A DNA stretch of 63,126 nt, filler included, from Octopus bimaculoides (lineage: Eukaryota): NCBI RefSeq assembly GCF_001194135.2. It is 10 parts of 10 records of this genome, joined end to end, with 100 filler letters (N's around TTAATTAATTAA, not from the genome) between each part and the next. Parts side by side here need not be neighbours in the genome. Positions count along the whole stretch, not along the records: positions 60,022 to 63,126 come from NW_026396533.1; 9 more parts are not named here. The stretch is one strand, 5' to 3'. Shown in pieces: positions 61,970 through 63,126 of the stretch. The position numbers and the translations under genes were made by a program. The notes under the pieces were generated by a model, which made no database searches, had not been told where the DNA came from, and saw nothing but the letters and a program-made list of their open reading frames with translations. Each line of letters begins with the position of its first letter. Positions within the stretch are counted from its first letter, which is position 1.

Positions 61970-63126
61970 CCTGTCTGACCCACATATAGTTTTTCACATA
62001 AGTTGCATCTGATGCAGTAGATTAGGTTAGAGGAAGTGCAAGAGAAACTGTGTAGGATGCGGAGAGTGTGTAGGTTGGACCCTGTGACAGAGGTAGTGTT
62101 GGTGATGAAGGGGCAGGTGTGACAGCGGGATCTGGAGCACGGGAAGGAACCAGGTGGGGGTGGGGGGAGAGAAGGTGCTACGGACCAGTAGATCGCATAG
62201 GTTACGGGCGCGTTTAAAGGAGGACAGGGGTGGGTTATGGAAAATGGGATGGGTGGTGGGATTGAGCTGGAGGCGATGGAAGGCCTGTAGGATCCTCTGA
62301 CGAAGGGGTAGAGTGGCAGGGTGGAAACGAAGTGGGAAGGGGGTGCAGTTAGGGGATTGGTGTGGGGAAGGAGAGAGTGCGGTGGAGCAGTCGATTCGAC
62401 AAGCACAGGCGAGGGCGGATTGGACAAGGTGGGAAGGGTATCCTTGATGCATGAACAGGCAGGCAAGGTACTGGAACTGGGTCTCGAAATCCTGGTCCAG
62501 GCTGCACAAGCGTCGGAGACAGAGGAACTGGGTGTAGGGTATGGCCCGTTTGGTGTGGAAGGGATGGAAGGAGAAGTTGAGGTAGAGGTGGGAAGCAGTG
62601 GGTTTGAAGAAGGCAGAGGTAGTGAGAGAGTTGGAGGGAAGGTTAATGGAAAGAGAGATGTCGATGAAGTTAACAGAAGTGTCAGAGATAGTAGAAGTAA
62701 ATTCAAGAGCAGGGTGGAAGTTGGAGAGGAAGAAGATGAAAAGGCAGAGTTGTTCGCGGGAGAGGGAAGTGGCTCCTATACAGTCGTCTATGTAGCGACC
62801 GTATAGTTCTGGGGTCAGACCGGAAGATTGGCAGAAAACTTCGGCCTCAATGTAACCAACAAATAGGTTGGCGTAATTGGGGCCCATTCTCGTTCCCATC
62901 GCGACCCCATACTTCTATTGGTAGGTTTCTCCAGTGAACGTGAAGCAGTTGAGGGTGAGGACAAGCTCTGCCAGACGAAGCAGGGTGGGGATGCTAGGTG
63001 TGGGGTCAGGGCGGCAGTCGAGGAAGTATTGGAGGGCTGAGAGACCATCGTTGTGGGGAATCACGGTGTATAGGGATTTGATGTCCAAGGTAAAGAGGAA
63101 GTGTGAGGGGCCAGGAGGGAAGGAAA
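61970..63126 (-). mobile_element. Penelope-like retroelement (RT + Cys-rich linker + GIY-YIG endonuclease), nearly intact; extends beyond window and into gap
   Basis: LFTLDIKSLYTVIP, GVAMGTRMGPNYANLF, YGRYIDD, VNFIDISL, HPFHTKRAIP, CSRSRCHTC, NLIYCIRC..CEKLYVGQT. One in-frame TAG before KYGVAMG and one frameshift in a C-run near 62155. Confidence 0.92.

Overview
Repeat-saturated, AT-rich, gappy eukaryotic draft scaffold. It is most likely a coleoid cephalopod (Octopus-like), inferred from the SINE families and extreme microsatellite load; this is not proven. I cannot identify any intact host protein-coding gene, tRNA, rRNA or CRISPR array, and almost all supplied ORFs are microsatellite or N-gap artefacts. 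The window is a graveyard of mobile elements: (1) RTE-clade LINEs with a (GAT)n tail and many dispersed copies of that tail; (2) probably five or more distinct lineages of restriction-like-endonuclease (R4/Dong-type) non-LTR retrotransposons, sorting by flanking microsatellite into (TAA)n- and (CATA)n-associated families; (3) CR1 and Tx1/L1 fragments; (4) a nearly intact Penelope-like element (RT + GIY-YIG) at the right edge; (5) two mariner relics, one a fold-back; (6) hAT-like and piggyBac-like MITEs; (7) three tRNA-type SINE families. The best non-obvious signal is a structurally complete minimal type-I hammerhead ribozyme at 14158-14202, with several decayed hammerhead-like motifs in other short Penelope-terminal-repeat-like elements. 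Internal boundaries of degenerate elements are approximate (tens of bp).
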